A DNA stretch of 64,000 bases from the human T2T-CHM13v2.0 reference genome, Homo sapiens (GCF_009914755.1 NC_060936.1), one strand, 5' to 3'; counted from the stretch's first letter, positions 23,857-38,089 are shown. Translations and numbers: made by a program. Notes: generated by a model not told the origin, from the sequence alone.

Positions 23857-24130
23857 TGGTTGATTTGTTGGTTAGTTAGTTTGTGGGTAGGTTGGATAAT
23901 GTATTAGTTGCTCAGTGAATGGTTGAGTAGTTAATTGGCTGGTCCATTTGTTCATTGATTATTTGGCTGGTTGGTTGGTTAGTTGGTTATTCAGTTGGTT
24001 GAATGGTTAGTTTTCTAGTTAGATGGTCAGTCCATTGACTGGCTGGCTAGCTGGTTAGCTAGATGTTTAGTTAGTTCATTGGCTGTCCTTTAACTGTCCG
24101 GCTGGACAAATGAGTGAGTTAGTGGTTGCA
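23857..24130. repeat. degenerate (GGTT/AGTT/GGCT)n tetranucleotide repeat
   Basis: ttggttgatttgttggttagttagtt... periodicity. Confidence 0.85.
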
Positions 24131-25598
24131 TATATAGTGCATTGGAGAAGGCTCCCAGACATAAGGGGCACATAGGAAGAAAGAGGCATCAGGCAAATGG
24201 CCTGAGACAAGAAGGGAGAAGTGGGGTTCACTCAGGGATTTCAGTAAAAGTGAAGGTTTAAAAAAAGTATTAGTTGCTATTGCCAGAGCCTGTTTGTCAA
24301 CTTCTTGAACAGGGAAGTGAACAGGTAAACCAATGAATATGAGTGTCCTATATAAACTGTAAAATCCAGTGTGCACGTCAAGAGTCTCCCCCTCTCCCTC
24401 CAAGTCTCCAGCCCCTCCTGTTTTCTCTTCTTCCACTGCTTCCCCCAAACAACATGTTCTTCAATCCTTTACCCACCTAGGAATGTCAGTGATGGATAAC
24501 AGCTCTCTCTTACCTCTCCATCTCTCTTTCTCTCTCTCCCCCCGCCACCCCTCACATCCCCTCAACACACACACAGAGATATAGCATTAATGGGAGTATT
24601 TTAGCCATCCTAGAGCAGATGGAGCCATTTGAAGGAAAGAGTTCTTCTAAGACTCAATAATTAAATCCTATGAGCAGCATGTCTGAGCTAAAGAAAATGG
24701 CATAGTTTTATATAACCCTTAAGCATTCTTCTGCACAAAGTATTGGTATAATCTCCATGTCAAAGATGAGAAACCTGAGACTCAAAGGGGGACAATGATC
24801 AAAATTCAAACACAGAGAGTTTGGGGCGGGGGGGCGGTGTTCAGACTTGAAACCCAATCCGTGATTGTCTCCCAATCCAGGCATCATACTCTCTCACAAC
24901 CCTGGAATCACTAAAATGTTTGAACCACACTGGGTCCTCCCCAGCTTGCTGTTCTCCAACCCCATGGTCCCTTCTAGCTTCCCTTGGGTTCTGGACACCA
25001 GCTCCAGTGCCAGTGCTGGTGGGAAGCTCCGAGCATCACCCACCAACAGACCAGAGCCAGAGTGGGCTGCCACATGCCACACAGCAACCACACAGCAAAA
25101 TAAGCCCAGTGGGCCCACTGCTTAGAGCCCTGCCTAATGAGCTCTGAACTCAGTTCTGATGCCACAATCAATTAATGTGAAAACTCCCAGCTGCGGTCAC
25201 TCCATGCATTTGTTTGCAAGATTAATGGCAAATACAAAATTGCTTGTTCACCTTGGGATAGTCAGGGAAATCTGGAGAACACCCATGCGACAGCCCCATA
25301 AATATTCCCTGAGGCCACTCCTGCCTTTTGCCACATCCGTTGTTATCAGAATGTAGGATCCCAGTGTTTTTCCGCTCATGCTTTGCAAGGCCAAGGGACA
25401 TGCTGGGGAATGGGCATGATTGTATAATTGAGAGGAATTTCAGTGCCCCTTCTCCCTCCTGGGAGCAAAGGGCAAATGGAGAGGGCCTCCATTTGCCCTT
25501 CCCAGGGGTATGGGAAGAAAAGATGCTTCCAGGAGGACAACAAATGGCTCCCTCTCCTGGATTTTTTCTTCAGAAACCAGCTTTCAAGATTGAATAGA

Positions 25599-25750
25599 GG
25601 CCAGGTGCAGTGGCTCATGTCTTTAATCCCAGTGCTTTGGGAGACTGAGGCAGGAGGAATACTTGAACCCATGGAGTTCGAGACCAGACTGGGCAATATA
25701 GTGAGCCCTCATCTCTATTTTAATAAAAAGTAAAAATAAAAATTAAAAAG
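25599..25750 (+). mobile_element. FLAM/AluJ monomer
   Basis: Left arm plus A-tail; TSD about ttgaata. Confidence 0.88.
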
Positions 25751-25789
25751 TTGAATATAATAATAATAATAATGGTACATTAACTTACC

Positions 25790-26000
25790 CATATTCTGAG
25801 CTCACTAGGAACCGGGGACTTTACATTGTCTTACTTCATCGTGGCCACAGCCCTATCTATGAGCATGAAACAGTTATTATCTCCATTTCGCAGATGAAAA
25901 AGACCAAGGAACGAGGTCATACAATGGTTTAGTTGGGGAGCCTGGACTTGAGCCAGGGCCTTCTGACACCAGAGTACCAGAGCCTGAGCCCTTCACCACA
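25790..26000 (-). mobile_element. MIR
   Basis: ttattatctccatttcgcagatgaaaaagacc. Confidence 0.6.
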
Positions 26001-26350
26001 GTCCACGGAATTCAGGCTCCACACATCTTGCTCATCTTTCCCTGTGGGTCTTCACCAGGTGGGGTTCCCTGGTCAGGACTAAATGAGGAAAGTCAGCTCC
26101 TGGGGACTTCCAGGACTGGACTCTGAAATATCACCTGCATTTAATCTCCCACTTCTGTTGGAGCCCCCATCTCTGCTGCCCAGTAGTTGAGAGCTCAGGT
26201 CCTAGGGTCAGACAGGAGGTTCCAGCCTCAACCCCTCTACTTTCCAGCACTGTGGCCTTGGACTTTCCCTGAGTCTGTTTCTCCTCTATAAAAAAAGGTT
26301 TGTGGTAAGGTGTGTTTTGTTCTTGTGTTTTGCTAGGTAATAAATGCTCA

Positions 26351-26667
<317 letters not shown>

Positions 26668-26839
26668 AAATTCCAAACGAACAAAAGAGGAAAATCTTTC
26701 TTCCACCGTTGTCTCCCTGTCCCCTCTACCTCCCAAGGTCTCCCCAGCTGTGACCACCACTACCAGTTTCTTACACATCCTTCAACAGCAGCCCTGCCAG
26801 GCAGCAATGATGGAGACATTCCATATCTCCATTCTCCAA

Positions 26840-26975
26840 AACACTGTCTATAGAGGACTTGAAATGTGGCTAATGTGATGATGAACTGAATTCTTAATTG
26901 TATTGAATTTTAACGAATTTGTATTTAAAGAGCCACCTGTGGCTAGTGGCTACAATATTGAAAGGTCGGTGCAGG
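26840..26975. mobile_element. MER3-like MITE (internally deleted)
   Basis: acttgaaatgtggctaatgtga..gaactgaatt ... agccacctgtggctagtggctac. Confidence 0.7.
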
Positions 26976-26989
26976 TATAGTAACCCTAA

Positions 26990-27240
26990 TGATAACTAAC
27001 ATCTATGGAGCCATAGATATGCCATGATGTGGCAGGCCCTGCTCCAAGTATTTCCCACATATTAACTCCTAGGTCTCATAAGAAGCCTATGACATAGATA
27101 TTATTTCCACTGTTTTCTCTCTGGAGAAAATGAAGGGTGGCGAGGTTAAGTTCTTGTGAGTTCACACTACCAGGATGTGGAGGAGTTTGATCTGAGCCCG
27201 GGCTCTCTGACACAGAGCCTGGGATCTTAGCCACTGTAAT
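26990..27240 (-). mobile_element. MIR
   Basis: ataactaacatctatggagc ... gagaaaatgaaggg..gaggttaag. Confidence 0.6.
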
Positions 27241-27809
27241 GCAGAGGCTGTTCTAAGATAAATAAGCAGGCTAAATGAGAATGTGTACAGTAAGCTTGGC
27301 ACCGCGCCTGGCACAGAACAGGTCCTCGGTAGCTTACCCTCCACCCACCCCTTTAATCAGCTCTGTCTCCTTTCTGGTCCCTGTTTAAGCCCTACTTCTC
27401 CCCACCCCTGAGCCCTTGCATAAGCTGTGCCCCCTTTCCAGAATATCACTCTTAATCTTTCCAGTTAGTCAAATCCTCCCTATCCATCAGGCACCAAGGA
27501 TGGGAAAAAGTGCTTGAAGCATGAGTCGGCCTGGGCAAGGAATGAAGGAGCAGGGAATATGAAGGAACTGGTTACCAGAACTCAGACAGAATTGTGCAAC
27601 AGAATCTGTGGCCTTCTGGAGGGGGATGCAGCCAAGCCACAGCCCAGCAAGGCAGTGAAAACACAGATATCAGTAGGGTGTGGACTGCACAATGGGAAGC
27701 AGTAAGAAAGGAGGTAGGTAGGAGAAGCTAGATGGGTCATGGGGGCCTTGACCACCAAATATTAGTGTAGTGTAGATCTGATTTAATAAGTAGTAGGGGG
27801 CTGGTGTTG

Positions 27810-29155
27810 ATGTATTCATCCATTTAGCTAATATTTATTAGGCACGTGCTGTGTGTACCTGGCCCTGTGCTAGGCACTTGGGATACAATGGTAAACCAAA
27901 ACCAAAGTTCCTATACTTAGAGGGTAATTATATTACAGCTATATAGGAGCCATGATGGGCATGCTATGATGGGGCAGAGAGAGGTAGGAAGATGTATAAC
28001 CTCCACTGTGGAGGGAAGATCATGCCCAAGATGATCTCTGAGGATGAGTAGGAGGTAATCAAGTTGGTGGGAATGTGAAAATAGTGCAAAGGGGGAGTAT
28101 TCCAGAGAGAGGAAATAGAATATACAAAAAACCCAAAGAGAGTAGAGAAATAAGCATATTTGGAGAATTTAATATAGCACAGTGTTGCTAGAGAGTGGGA
28201 TGTGGTTGACAAGGTTGAAGATGTAAGCCTGGGCCAGACCTCACAGGACCTGGCAAAGAGTTGTGACTATCCTGAGGGCAATGGGGACTATTGAGAGTTC
28301 TAAAGCAGGAGCAACATGGTTAGATTTGTGTTCTAGAATATCTCCCTGGCTTTCACGGTGGAAGTGGGTTGTAGAGGGGCAACAGGAAGCAAATCAGTTA
28401 GGAGGCTATTGCTGCAGTCCAGGAGACATAATGATGGCCTGGCATAAGGCAGTAGCTTTGAGGATGGAGAAGAAAGCAAGAGAGATTCCAGAAAAGTTAA
28501 AACTGACAGAACTTGAGGACCCTATGGGGGATGAAAAAAAGGATGGAGGTGCTGGAAGCAAAGTCACCATCATCTTTCAAGTTTGCTTAGGACTAAGAGG
28601 CTGAGAATTTGCACCTGCATTTCCACTCCTGAGCCCCAGGAGGCGCTATTGGGTAGTACAGATACTGACTGGCTCCTCTCCCCCAATGCCCACTACCCAG
28701 ATTCTGGGACCCTTTGATTTACTCATCCTGCCATCCAACAGAACTCCTGTCTGCTTCTCATTTTCCAGAATGTTTTCAGCAAACATTCAATGAGTGACCA
28801 TCCTAAGCCAAACCCTAAGTTAGGAACCACAGCTATAGAAGTAGCCAAGTGACCAGACAGAGCCTCTGCCCCCAAGGACATTTCTAATTCTTTCTCTCTC
28901 AGTCAAATTAATGTCTTTTATTCCCACTCCTCAAAATAACACATCACATAGCTATAAATGCATGGATTGGGACATGCAAAGTTCTGAAGGAAGGACATTC
29001 CTGGTAGAGGGAACAGCAAGTGCAAAGAACCAGGGCTTGGAATTTTTGGTGTGTCAGAAATAGCAAGAAGACCAGAGTGGCTGGAGCAAAGTGAGTAAAA
29101 AGTTGAGTACTAGGAAGTGAGATCGGAGAGGAAATGGGCCAGACCATGTAAGATT
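27810..29155 (-). mobile_element. L2 fragments
   Basis: attcatccatttagctaatatttatt..., cagttaggaggctattgctgcagtccagg, cattcctggtagagggaacagcaagtgcaaag. Confidence 0.75.
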
Positions 29156-29163
29156 TTGTGCGC

Positions 29164-29741
29164 TGTATTGATTACCTGCTGCTGCATAATAAATTACTAC
29201 AAATTACAAATTAGTAGTAACTACAGATTAGTAGCTTAAAAAAACATGTATTTATTATCACACAGTTTCTATGGGCCAGGAATCCAGGCATGCTTTAGCA
29301 GGTCCTCATGCCTCAGGGTCTCTCTCAAGGCTGCAATCAAGTTGTCAGCTGGAGCTGAGTTCTCATCTGAAAGCTCAGCTGGGGAAGGACTGCTTCCAAG
29401 CTGGCTCTGGTTGTTGGCAGAATTCAGTTCCTCAAGGGCTGTCATATTGAGGTCCTCAGTTCCTTACTGGTTGTTGATCAGAGGTTGCTCTTAATTCCCT
29501 GACATGTGGACCTCACCAACACAGCCCTTCATCCAAGCATGCAAACTGAGAAAGCAATAGAGAGAGTCTACTAGAAAGACAGCCCTTAGAATTGTACATA
29601 GTATAATCATGGAAGTAATATCCCACCATCTTGGTTAGAAGTGAGTCACAGTTCCTGCCCATACCAAATGGAAGAGGATTACACAAGATGTGAATGCAGA
29701 AACTGGGGATCAGGGGGACCACTTTGGAGTTTGTCCACCAC
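29164..29741 (-). mobile_element. MLT1E/F-like solo LTR
   Basis: cacagtttctatgggccaggaatccaggc ... ctctctcaaggctgcaatcaag ... gagtttgtccaccaca. Confidence 0.8.
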
Positions 29742-30519
29742 ATGACTATGCCAAAGACAAATTGGGCTTTCTGGCATACCTCCTCACAATATTACCTCTT
29801 CTGAGTAAGAGAATGTGTAGGGGCAACAGTTAGGTTCTTTGCCTTCATCCTATTAACAAGACTCCACAAGTACTTCCTTTGTACATAAATCTATCCAATA
29901 CCCCAGGAAGAAAGTAAAACAAGTACCATGATCCCATTTTACAGATGGCAAGGCAGAGGCTGAGGCTGAGGCTAAGGTGATTTGCCCAAGGCCACTTTAC
30001 CTGTTAGTAGATGAGCATGTGGGCCCAAGTCTGGATTTCTTTCTTCTTTGTCTAGCTATTCCCATTCAGGGCACTGAAGTCCATAAATTCCATCTGCCAC
30101 AGCAGGTCTTGCCAGCAGAGGCATCCGGGAGTCCCTGGCACTGACTCAAAGGACTGTCTTCCTGCTGTGGAGGGAGGGAATCCTTTGGCTTGGCACTCCT
30201 CCTGCAATTTTCCACCTGGTGGGTTTTAATCTTTCAGATAACAGATACCTAAGCATCCCACCACCCTGGGGAAAGCAAAAGCTCAAAGTAACTTGGGAAG
30301 GAGAAGGGGACACAAGAATATGCCCTGTGTCTGAGCACAAAGGAACAGTTGTCATGGTCAGGCATCCAAGTGACTAAGAAACAGAGCATCCTACACAGAA
30401 TCTTGGGGGAGAAAAAAAAGACAGAGGCTGCCCCTAGATCCAGCCTGGCAGCCAAGTCTTGAGTACCCACTGGGGAGGGAGGCTGGCTCATCTAGGCATC
30501 TGAGAAGGACTCCCTGCCA

Positions 30520-31360
30520 ACTTGCTTCCCACTGGGTCTGGGCCTGTTTGTCTTCATGTCCACACCTCACCCTTCCCTGGCCCAGCTCTGTATCTCAGGG
30601 GGCCTGACCCTGTGGGCTGAATTTCCCAGGCTCCTTGGTCAACTGCGTTCTCTCTGGGTTCCACCAACGGAAGGCCCAGACAGGAGATATGAGGGTGGAG
30701 AAAAGGGAGAGCCAGAATATTTCTCCCTTTCCTTCTCTGATTTGGGTACTGTCTTAGTCTATTTTGTGCTGTTTTAACAGAATACCACTTAGTCTATTTT
30801 GTGCTGTTATAACAGAACCCTATTTTGTGCTGTTGTACCAGAATATAACATAATCTTGTGCTGTTATACAGACTCGGTCATGTATAATAAAGAGAAAATT
30901 ATTTCTCACAGTTCTGGAGCCTGAGAAGTCCAAGACCAAGGTGTTAGCATCTGATGAGGACCTACTTGCCATGTCATAACATGGTGAAGAGCAAAGGGAG
31001 TGGAAGGCGGGGACTGAAGCTGCCCTTTTATAATGAACCAACTCCAGCAATGACAGCATTAATCAATTCATGAGGTTGGAGCCCTCATAGCCTGATCACC
31101 TCTTAAGTTCCCACCTCTTAATATTGTTATGATTAAGTTTCAACACAAGTTTGAGAGAAGAAAAATGTTTAAACCATAACAGGCAGTGTGTCTGACAGTG
31201 TTGGATTCCTTTTTGCCATGAATTTCCCCTGGATAAGCCCACTCTAATTCCAACTTCTGCCAGGTGACACTAGCCCCAAGACACCAGTAACACCACCCCT
31301 CCTTGCATTCTTCTAGCCCTAAGGGATGTAGGAGCTTCATGCTCTTGCCAATCCCTGGAG
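30520..31360. mobile_element. LTR33-like ERVL LTR split by an MST LTR
   Basis: gctgaatttcccaggctccttgg..gggttccaccaacggaaggcc..caggagat; resumes at about 31183. Confidence 0.5.
30750..31182 (-). mobile_element. MSTC/MSTD-like MaLR LTR with an amplified terminus
   Basis: tgtcttagtctattttgtgctg ... atttctcacagttctggagcctgagaagtccaag ... aaaccataaca. Confidence 0.8.
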
Positions 31361-31361
31361 T

Positions 31362-31700
31362 GTCTCCTTCTTAGATCGGGCTACCCTCAAAGCAGATCCT
31401 GAAACAGACAAGGGTGCATTGAATTTATTTGGAAGGTAATCCTGGGAGGCACAAATAAAGGGGAGGGGAAGTGAGATAGGGAAAGGATAACAGCTGATAA
31501 AGGATGCGTTAAGGATGGGTTACTACTGTGGGCAACTGGGACTAAATCCCACAGGGGCCCTTCTAAGAATCATTGTGAAACACATCCCAGAATCAACCCC
31601 CTGGAGGAAGAGGAAGCTGCATTGTTTGTCTACTAAATTCCATTCGCCTGACTGAGGATGGTCCCTGGGGTGTTAACTCCTTCACACCCCCAGACTGGCC
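31362..31700 (-). mobile_element. LTR16-group ERVL LTR
   Basis: aaagcagatcctgaaac..tttatttggaaggtaatcctgggagg..gggaagtgagatagggaa..actgtgggcaactgg. Confidence 0.65.
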
Positions 31701-32055
31701 AGTAAGTACATGAAAAAATGCTCAACAGCATTGGTCATATTCATAACAAACCACAATGAGATAACACTTCATACCTTTAAAATGGCTAAAATTAAAAGGA
31801 CTGATAATACCAAGTGTTGACAAAGATGGGGGACAAGTGAAACTCACACATCCTTGGTGGCAATGTAATATGTGGCAATCATTTTGGGAAAATATCTAGC
31901 TGTTTCTTATAAAACAAATAAGCACTGACTCTAAGATGCAACTATCTCCCTCCTGAGTGTTTACCCAAGACAAATAAAAACACATATTACCACGAATACT
32001 TGTACACAAATGTTCATAACAGCTTTACTCATCATAGACAAAGAAAAGTTAACTT

Positions 32056-34088
32056 GAACAAGACAAGGATACCCACTCTCACCACTCCTATTCAACAAAG
32101 TACTGGAAGTCCTTGACCAAGCAATCAGGCAAGAGAAAGAAATGAAAGGCATCCAAATAGGAAAAGAAGTCAAACTATCTCTCTTTGTGGATAACATGAC
32201 TCTATACATAGAAAAGCCCAAAGAATCTGCCAAAAGGCTCCTAGAACTGATAAGCAACTTCAGCAAAATTTCAGGATGCAAAATCAATTTACAAAAATAA
32301 GTAGCATTTCTATACATCTATAACCTTCAAGCTGAGAGCCAAATCAAGAATGCAATGCCATTTACAATAGACACACAAAAAAAATATCTAGGAGTATACC
32401 TAACCAAGGAGGTGAAAGATCTCTACAAGGAAAACTACAAAACACTGCTGAAAGAAATCAGAGATGATACAAACAAATGGAAAATCATTCCATACTCATG
32501 GATTAGAATAATCAATATAGTTAAAATGGCCATACTGCCCAAAGCAACCTAAAAATTCAATGCTATTCCTATCAAGTTACCAATGTTATTTTTTACAGAA
32601 CTAGAAAAAAAAGCTATTCTAAAGTTCATATGGAACTGAATAAAAAGAACCCAAATAGCCAAAGCAATCCTAAACAAAAAGAACAAAGCTGGAGGCATCA
32701 CATTACTCAACTTCAAATTATACTGTAAGTTATACAGTAACCAAAACCACAAGGTATTGGTACAAAAACAGACAGATAGACCGAAGGAACTGAATAGAGA
32801 ACCCAGAAACAAAGCCACACATCTGTAGTCATCTAATCTTCTATAAATCAACAAAAATAACAATGGGGAAAATGGTGCTGGGACAGCTGGCTTGACATAC
32901 ACAGGAGAATAAAACTGGACCCCTATCTTTCACCCTGTAGAAAAATTAACTCAAGATGGATTAAAGATTTAAATGTCACCTTCAAACTACAAGAACCCTA
33001 AAAGAAAACCAAGAAAGCATGCTTTTGGACATTAACCTTGGCAAAGAATTTATGACTAAGATCTCAAAAGCAATTCCAACAAAAACAAAAAATGATAAGT
33101 GGGATAGTTTAATTAAACTAAAAAGCTTCTGCACAGAAAAAGAAACTAAAACCTACAGAATGGGAGAAAATATTTACAAACTATGCATCCAACAAAGGCC
33201 TGGTATCCAGAATCTATAAGAAACTTAAACAAATCAACAAGCAAAAAACAAAGAACCCCATTTTTAAAATGGGCAAAAGACATGAACAGACACTTCTCAA
33301 AAGAAGATATGCAAGTGGCCAACAAGCATATGAAAAAAATGCCCAACATCACTAATCATCAGAGAAATACAAATCAAGACCACAATGAGATACCTTCTCA
33401 CACCAGCCAGAATGGCTGTTATTAAAAAATCAAGAAACAACAGGTGCTGGCAAGACTACAGAGAAAAGAGAATGCTTACACACTGTTGGTGGGAATGTAA
33501 ATTAGTTCAGCCACTGTGGAAAGCAGTTTGGAGATTTCTCAAAGAGCTTAGAACTACCATTCGACCCAACAATCCTATTACTGGGTATATACCCAGAGGA
33601 AAATAAATCATTCTACCAAGAAGACACATGCATGCCTATGTTTATTGCAGCACTATCCACAACAGGAAAGACATGGAATTAACCTAGGTGCCCAAACACA
33701 GTGGGTTGAATAAGGAAAATGTGGTGCATATACTCTATGGAATACTACACAGCCATTAAAGAGAACAAAATCATGTTCTTTGCAGCAACATGGATGCAGC
33801 TGGAGGCCACTATATTAAGCAAATTAATGAAGGAACAGAAAACCACATTATCACTCAAGTAGGAGCTAAACGATGGGTACTCATGGGTGTAAAGATGACA
33901 ACAATAGACACTGGGGACTACCAGTGGTGGGAGTGAGGGAAGGGAGCAAGGGATGAGAAACAAACTATTGGGTACTATGCTTAGTATCTGGGTGACAGGA
34001 TCGACTGTATCCAAACCTCAGCATCACACAATATACCTAGGTAATAAACCTGCACATGAACTCCCTAAATCTAAAATAAAAGTGGAAA
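32056..34088 (+). mobile_element. L1PA15-17-like 5'-truncated LINE-1 (dead ORF2 RT/C-terminus plus 3' UTR)
   Basis: RT motif decayed to LFVDNM at 32181-32198 (consensus LFADDM); ORF fragments 32355-32552 and 33385-33606; 3' UTR acaatagacactggggacta...ccaaacctcagcatcacacaatatacc. Confidence 0.9.
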
Positions 34089-34251
34089 CTTTTTTTTAAA
34101 GAAATTGTGGTCTATTCCTATAACAGAATGCTAGTCAACAATAAAAATGAAAAATTAGTGATACATGCAACAACATGGATGAATCTAAAAAAAAAATGCC
34201 AGTGAAAGAAGCCAAAGACAAACTATGATTCCATTTACATAAAATTTCAAA

Positions 34252-34575
34252 GGCCAGGCTTGGTGTTTCCTGCCTGTAAGTCTAACACTTTGGAAGGCTG
34301 AGGCAGGAGGATCACTTGAGGCCAGGAGTTCAAGAGCAGCCTGGGCAACATAGTGAAACCTCAACTCTACAAAAAAAAAAAAAAAACAAACAAAATTAGC
34401 TGGGTGTGGTGGTATGCTAGCTATTAGGGAAGCTGAGGTGGGAGGATCACTTGGGCCCAGGAATTTGAGGTTACAGTAAGATATGATTGCACAAGAGCAA
34501 TCTGGACATTACAGCCTGGGTGACAGAGTAAGATCTTATCTCTAAAAAATATAAATAAAAATTAAAAAATAAAAC
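34252..34575 (+). mobile_element. AluJ
   Basis: gggaggatcacttgggcccagg..gttacagtaag; J-type diagnostic positions. Confidence 0.92.
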
Positions 34576-34579
34576 TCCA

Positions 34580-34883
<304 letters not shown>

Positions 34884-35719
34884 CTCCATAGTAGAAAAAA
34901 CTAATCTAAGATGATAGAGGTCAGGATAGGTGTTGTCTAGGAGTAAAGATGGTAATGGCTAAAAAGTGACATAAGGCTACCTTATAAGGATGCCTTCTAG
35001 AGGGATAGGAATGTTTTGGATCTTTATCTGAGTGGTAGTTACACCACATTCCCAAATGTAAAAATTCACCAAGCAGTAAATTTAAAATGTTATGCCTTTT
35101 ATGTAAATTGCACCTTAATTTTTTAAAAGCAAAAACATGAAGTCAAATGAATGAACAGCTCTATTCTTAAAAGTCCTGCTACAAGCCCTCAACCGGTTGC
35201 CAAGGATGACTCTACAGTTGGTACCTCCAGCCTCATTAGGGCAGAAGGCAACAGAGAGCTGGGGCTAGGCCAAGCCTCTGGAGCTGCCAGTGTAGAGAAA
35301 ACACTTGCCCCCACCAGTGAGTTATGATTAAGAATTTTCTTTCTGGCCTCCAAGTGTTTTACTGGCTCATCTATCAATCTGTCAGGGCGGCCATCAAGAT
35401 GAGAGCAGCAGAAAACTAACAGCTCACACCCAAACAGCCTGAATAATTCAACACCCACCACAGCCTCCGGACATCAGGATCACGAAGCTAATTTTTTATT
35501 AATTTATCAGGCTCTGCAGTTTATTTCCATGGCCCTTGAGGCTCAGAGAGTAGGTGTGGCACATCCATAGGCCAAGAGGGGACAGACTAAATTTATAAAG
35601 GCTGGGGTATCCCATCCTGATGTTTGAGGCAGAAAAAGGGAGAATGGACACCCAAATCAGTCGATGCTCTGAACAGGGAGGAGAAAAAGCAGATATAAAA
35701 GTCACAAAACATAGGTGTA

Positions 35720-36930
35720 AGACCCTGGGGTCAGCTCCTCCTTGTTTATATGGTCTTGAGCAAGTCTTTTGCTTCTCTGAGCCTCAGTTTCCCTGTTCCA
35801 AGATGTGCATGGTGACATGATACTTACCTAGTGCTTACTATGTGCCAGCTTCCATTTAAATAACTTATATACATTAACTCATGTAATACTTAAGTGACAC
35901 TGTGTGGTAGTTATGACATCATTCCTATTGTACAGATGAAGCAAGTGAAGCCAAGAGCTCACCCAACTGAACAAAAGCACCTATGTCATGGGGTGAGAAT
36001 TGAGGAGTTAGAATTTACAAATCTCCAGACATCATGCCTGGTACACAGTAGATGCTCAATAAAACATAGCCAATGCTGTTGTCATTGTTAAAATATCTTT
36101 CAGGGTCATTGTTGCATTCAAGTATAACAACAAATACACGTGATTGATAAGCATTGTGTAACTGTAGGATGGGTAAACTGAGGCAGAGAAAAGTGAAATG
36201 GCTTGCCTAAGGCCATACACATTTACACTGAAGATTTTGCTCTTTTCTAAGATCCACCTTGGCTCCTTTATGGAGTTTTTGAGACCAAGTCCCAAGTTTG
36301 ATAGACCAGACCCCAGCACACAGGCTTTGATTCTGAAAGACCTGGATCCAAATCCTGCCTCTACCACTCCCCAGTTGTGTGAGTAGAACAGGGTCCTTTT
36401 TATCACCCTCCCTGTCTGAGAAATAAGATGAAAGAATCAGGCACACAAGAATCATGAGCAGAATTGGATGAGAGGGAGCAAGAGATCAGGGTTTGCCCTC
36501 AGCCCTGCCACTTACTCCCTGCAGGACCTTGGACAAGCTGACTTCTGCTTAGTTTTCTTATCTGCAAAATGGGGATTATAATTCCATAAGATAATGTTAG
36601 AAATCTTGGGTTTGTCCAAAACCAAACCCAAGAATAAGGAGGACCTGAAAATGTATATTTCTAGCAAATTCCCAAACAATGTTGATGCCACTGGTTTGGG
36701 GACCACACTTGGAGAATAATAAATCTATAGGAAAGACAGGTGGGATGGAGTTCAAATCAAAGCTCTGCCATTTCTTTGCTGTGTGACCTTGGGAAAGCTA
36801 CTTGGCCTCTCTGAGATCCAGTTTTTCTCTCTTAAAATGCAGCAAATGATGTCTACTTCACAGAGTTGTTAAGATCAGAGGTAATAGAAAAAGTACCTGA
36901 TACGTAAGAGGCTCTCGACAGAGGGCAGCT
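35720..36930. mobile_element. cluster of MIR fragments (both strands) with a MER5A piece at about 36600-36720
   Basis: Several MIR cores (e.g. gtgtgaccttgggaaagctacttggcctctctgag); MER5A-like ttctagcaaattcccaa..gatgccactggtttggggaccacactt. Confidence 0.65.
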
Positions 36931-37734
36931 GTAGGTGACAGTCTCTTGAGGTGCATGAAAATAAGGTTTTCAATGAAGACCACCACCAACAGAATAGCCT
37001 CCTTGAATTTGTTTTTCTGATGGGTAGAGAAGAGAGAGAAGTTTCACAAAACGTAGTTCCATGAAGTCAGCAGCAAAAGACTGGGGCTGGGGAGCTCAGA
37101 GGAAATGCTCAGTGACACATTAGGCAGAATGGATGCCCAGATTTGTCTGTGCACACAAAACAGCACTAACCTAAAGAATCAATTAGCTCCCTGCCAGACA
37201 AGCTGTCTCACCCCAGGCACCCAGAGAGGGCCTGCCTGCCCCAGCCACCCTGAGCACCACGGAACAAATCTTCAAAGTCATTTTCTTTCTACTTCCGATG
37301 TGATTAAGAGACAAGCTGCCTCAACTGGGGGACAACTCCATTAACAACCCTCAGATGGCAAAATGTCATTGGCCAAGATGTCCTGGGAGGAACATTGTTC
37401 GCGGGGGGAGGGAGACAGTTGCACTTGCAGGTACAATGTGACCGTTGGCAAATCTGGGCTCTGGGCCTCGGTGTCCTCTTTGTACAAAAGAGAGGAATTA
37501 GATTAGCTGACTTCTAAGAACCCTCCAGCTTCAATATTGTATGATTCTATATACAACAGTCTTGAGTGGGGTCAGAAACAGGGATCTGAACGGGATTAAG
37601 AAAGTCAGGGGCTTGGAGTGTGGTCTGCTTCAGCACCACAGACAGCTCCAAGCCTCTGGGCATCCCAAGAAAAATGCCTGAATCTGTGTGAAGGCAGATG
37701 TGTGTATGAGTGACGTTGACATTATAGTTTAAGT

Positions 37735-37927
37735 CAAGGGTCCTCAATCACAGCACTATTGGCATTTGGGGCCAGATAACTCTGGAATTTTTCCCATGTA
37801 TTGCAGAATGTTTATAAGCACCCACCCCACACCACCCTCAAGTCATGACAATCAAAATCATCTCCCAGACATCGCCAGACATCCCCAGTGAGTGGGAACA
37901 AAATCACCTCCACCTGAGAACCAGCAA
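37735..37927 (+). mobile_element. MER20
   Basis: ctcaatcacagcactattggcatttggggccagataa ... caaaatcacctccacctgagaacca. Confidence 0.8.
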
Positions 37928-38089
37928 TCTAAGTAAACAGCTCTCCCTGCAGTGCACAGCTGGGATCACCCTCATTGCCCCAGTCCTGAGTCTGTCCTTC
38001 TAGACTTAAAGAATCCAGGAACCTAAAACTCTATATTTATCTCTTCTGGTGAGCAGCAGTAAACAGGTTTAAAAAAAAGGTAAACAAGT

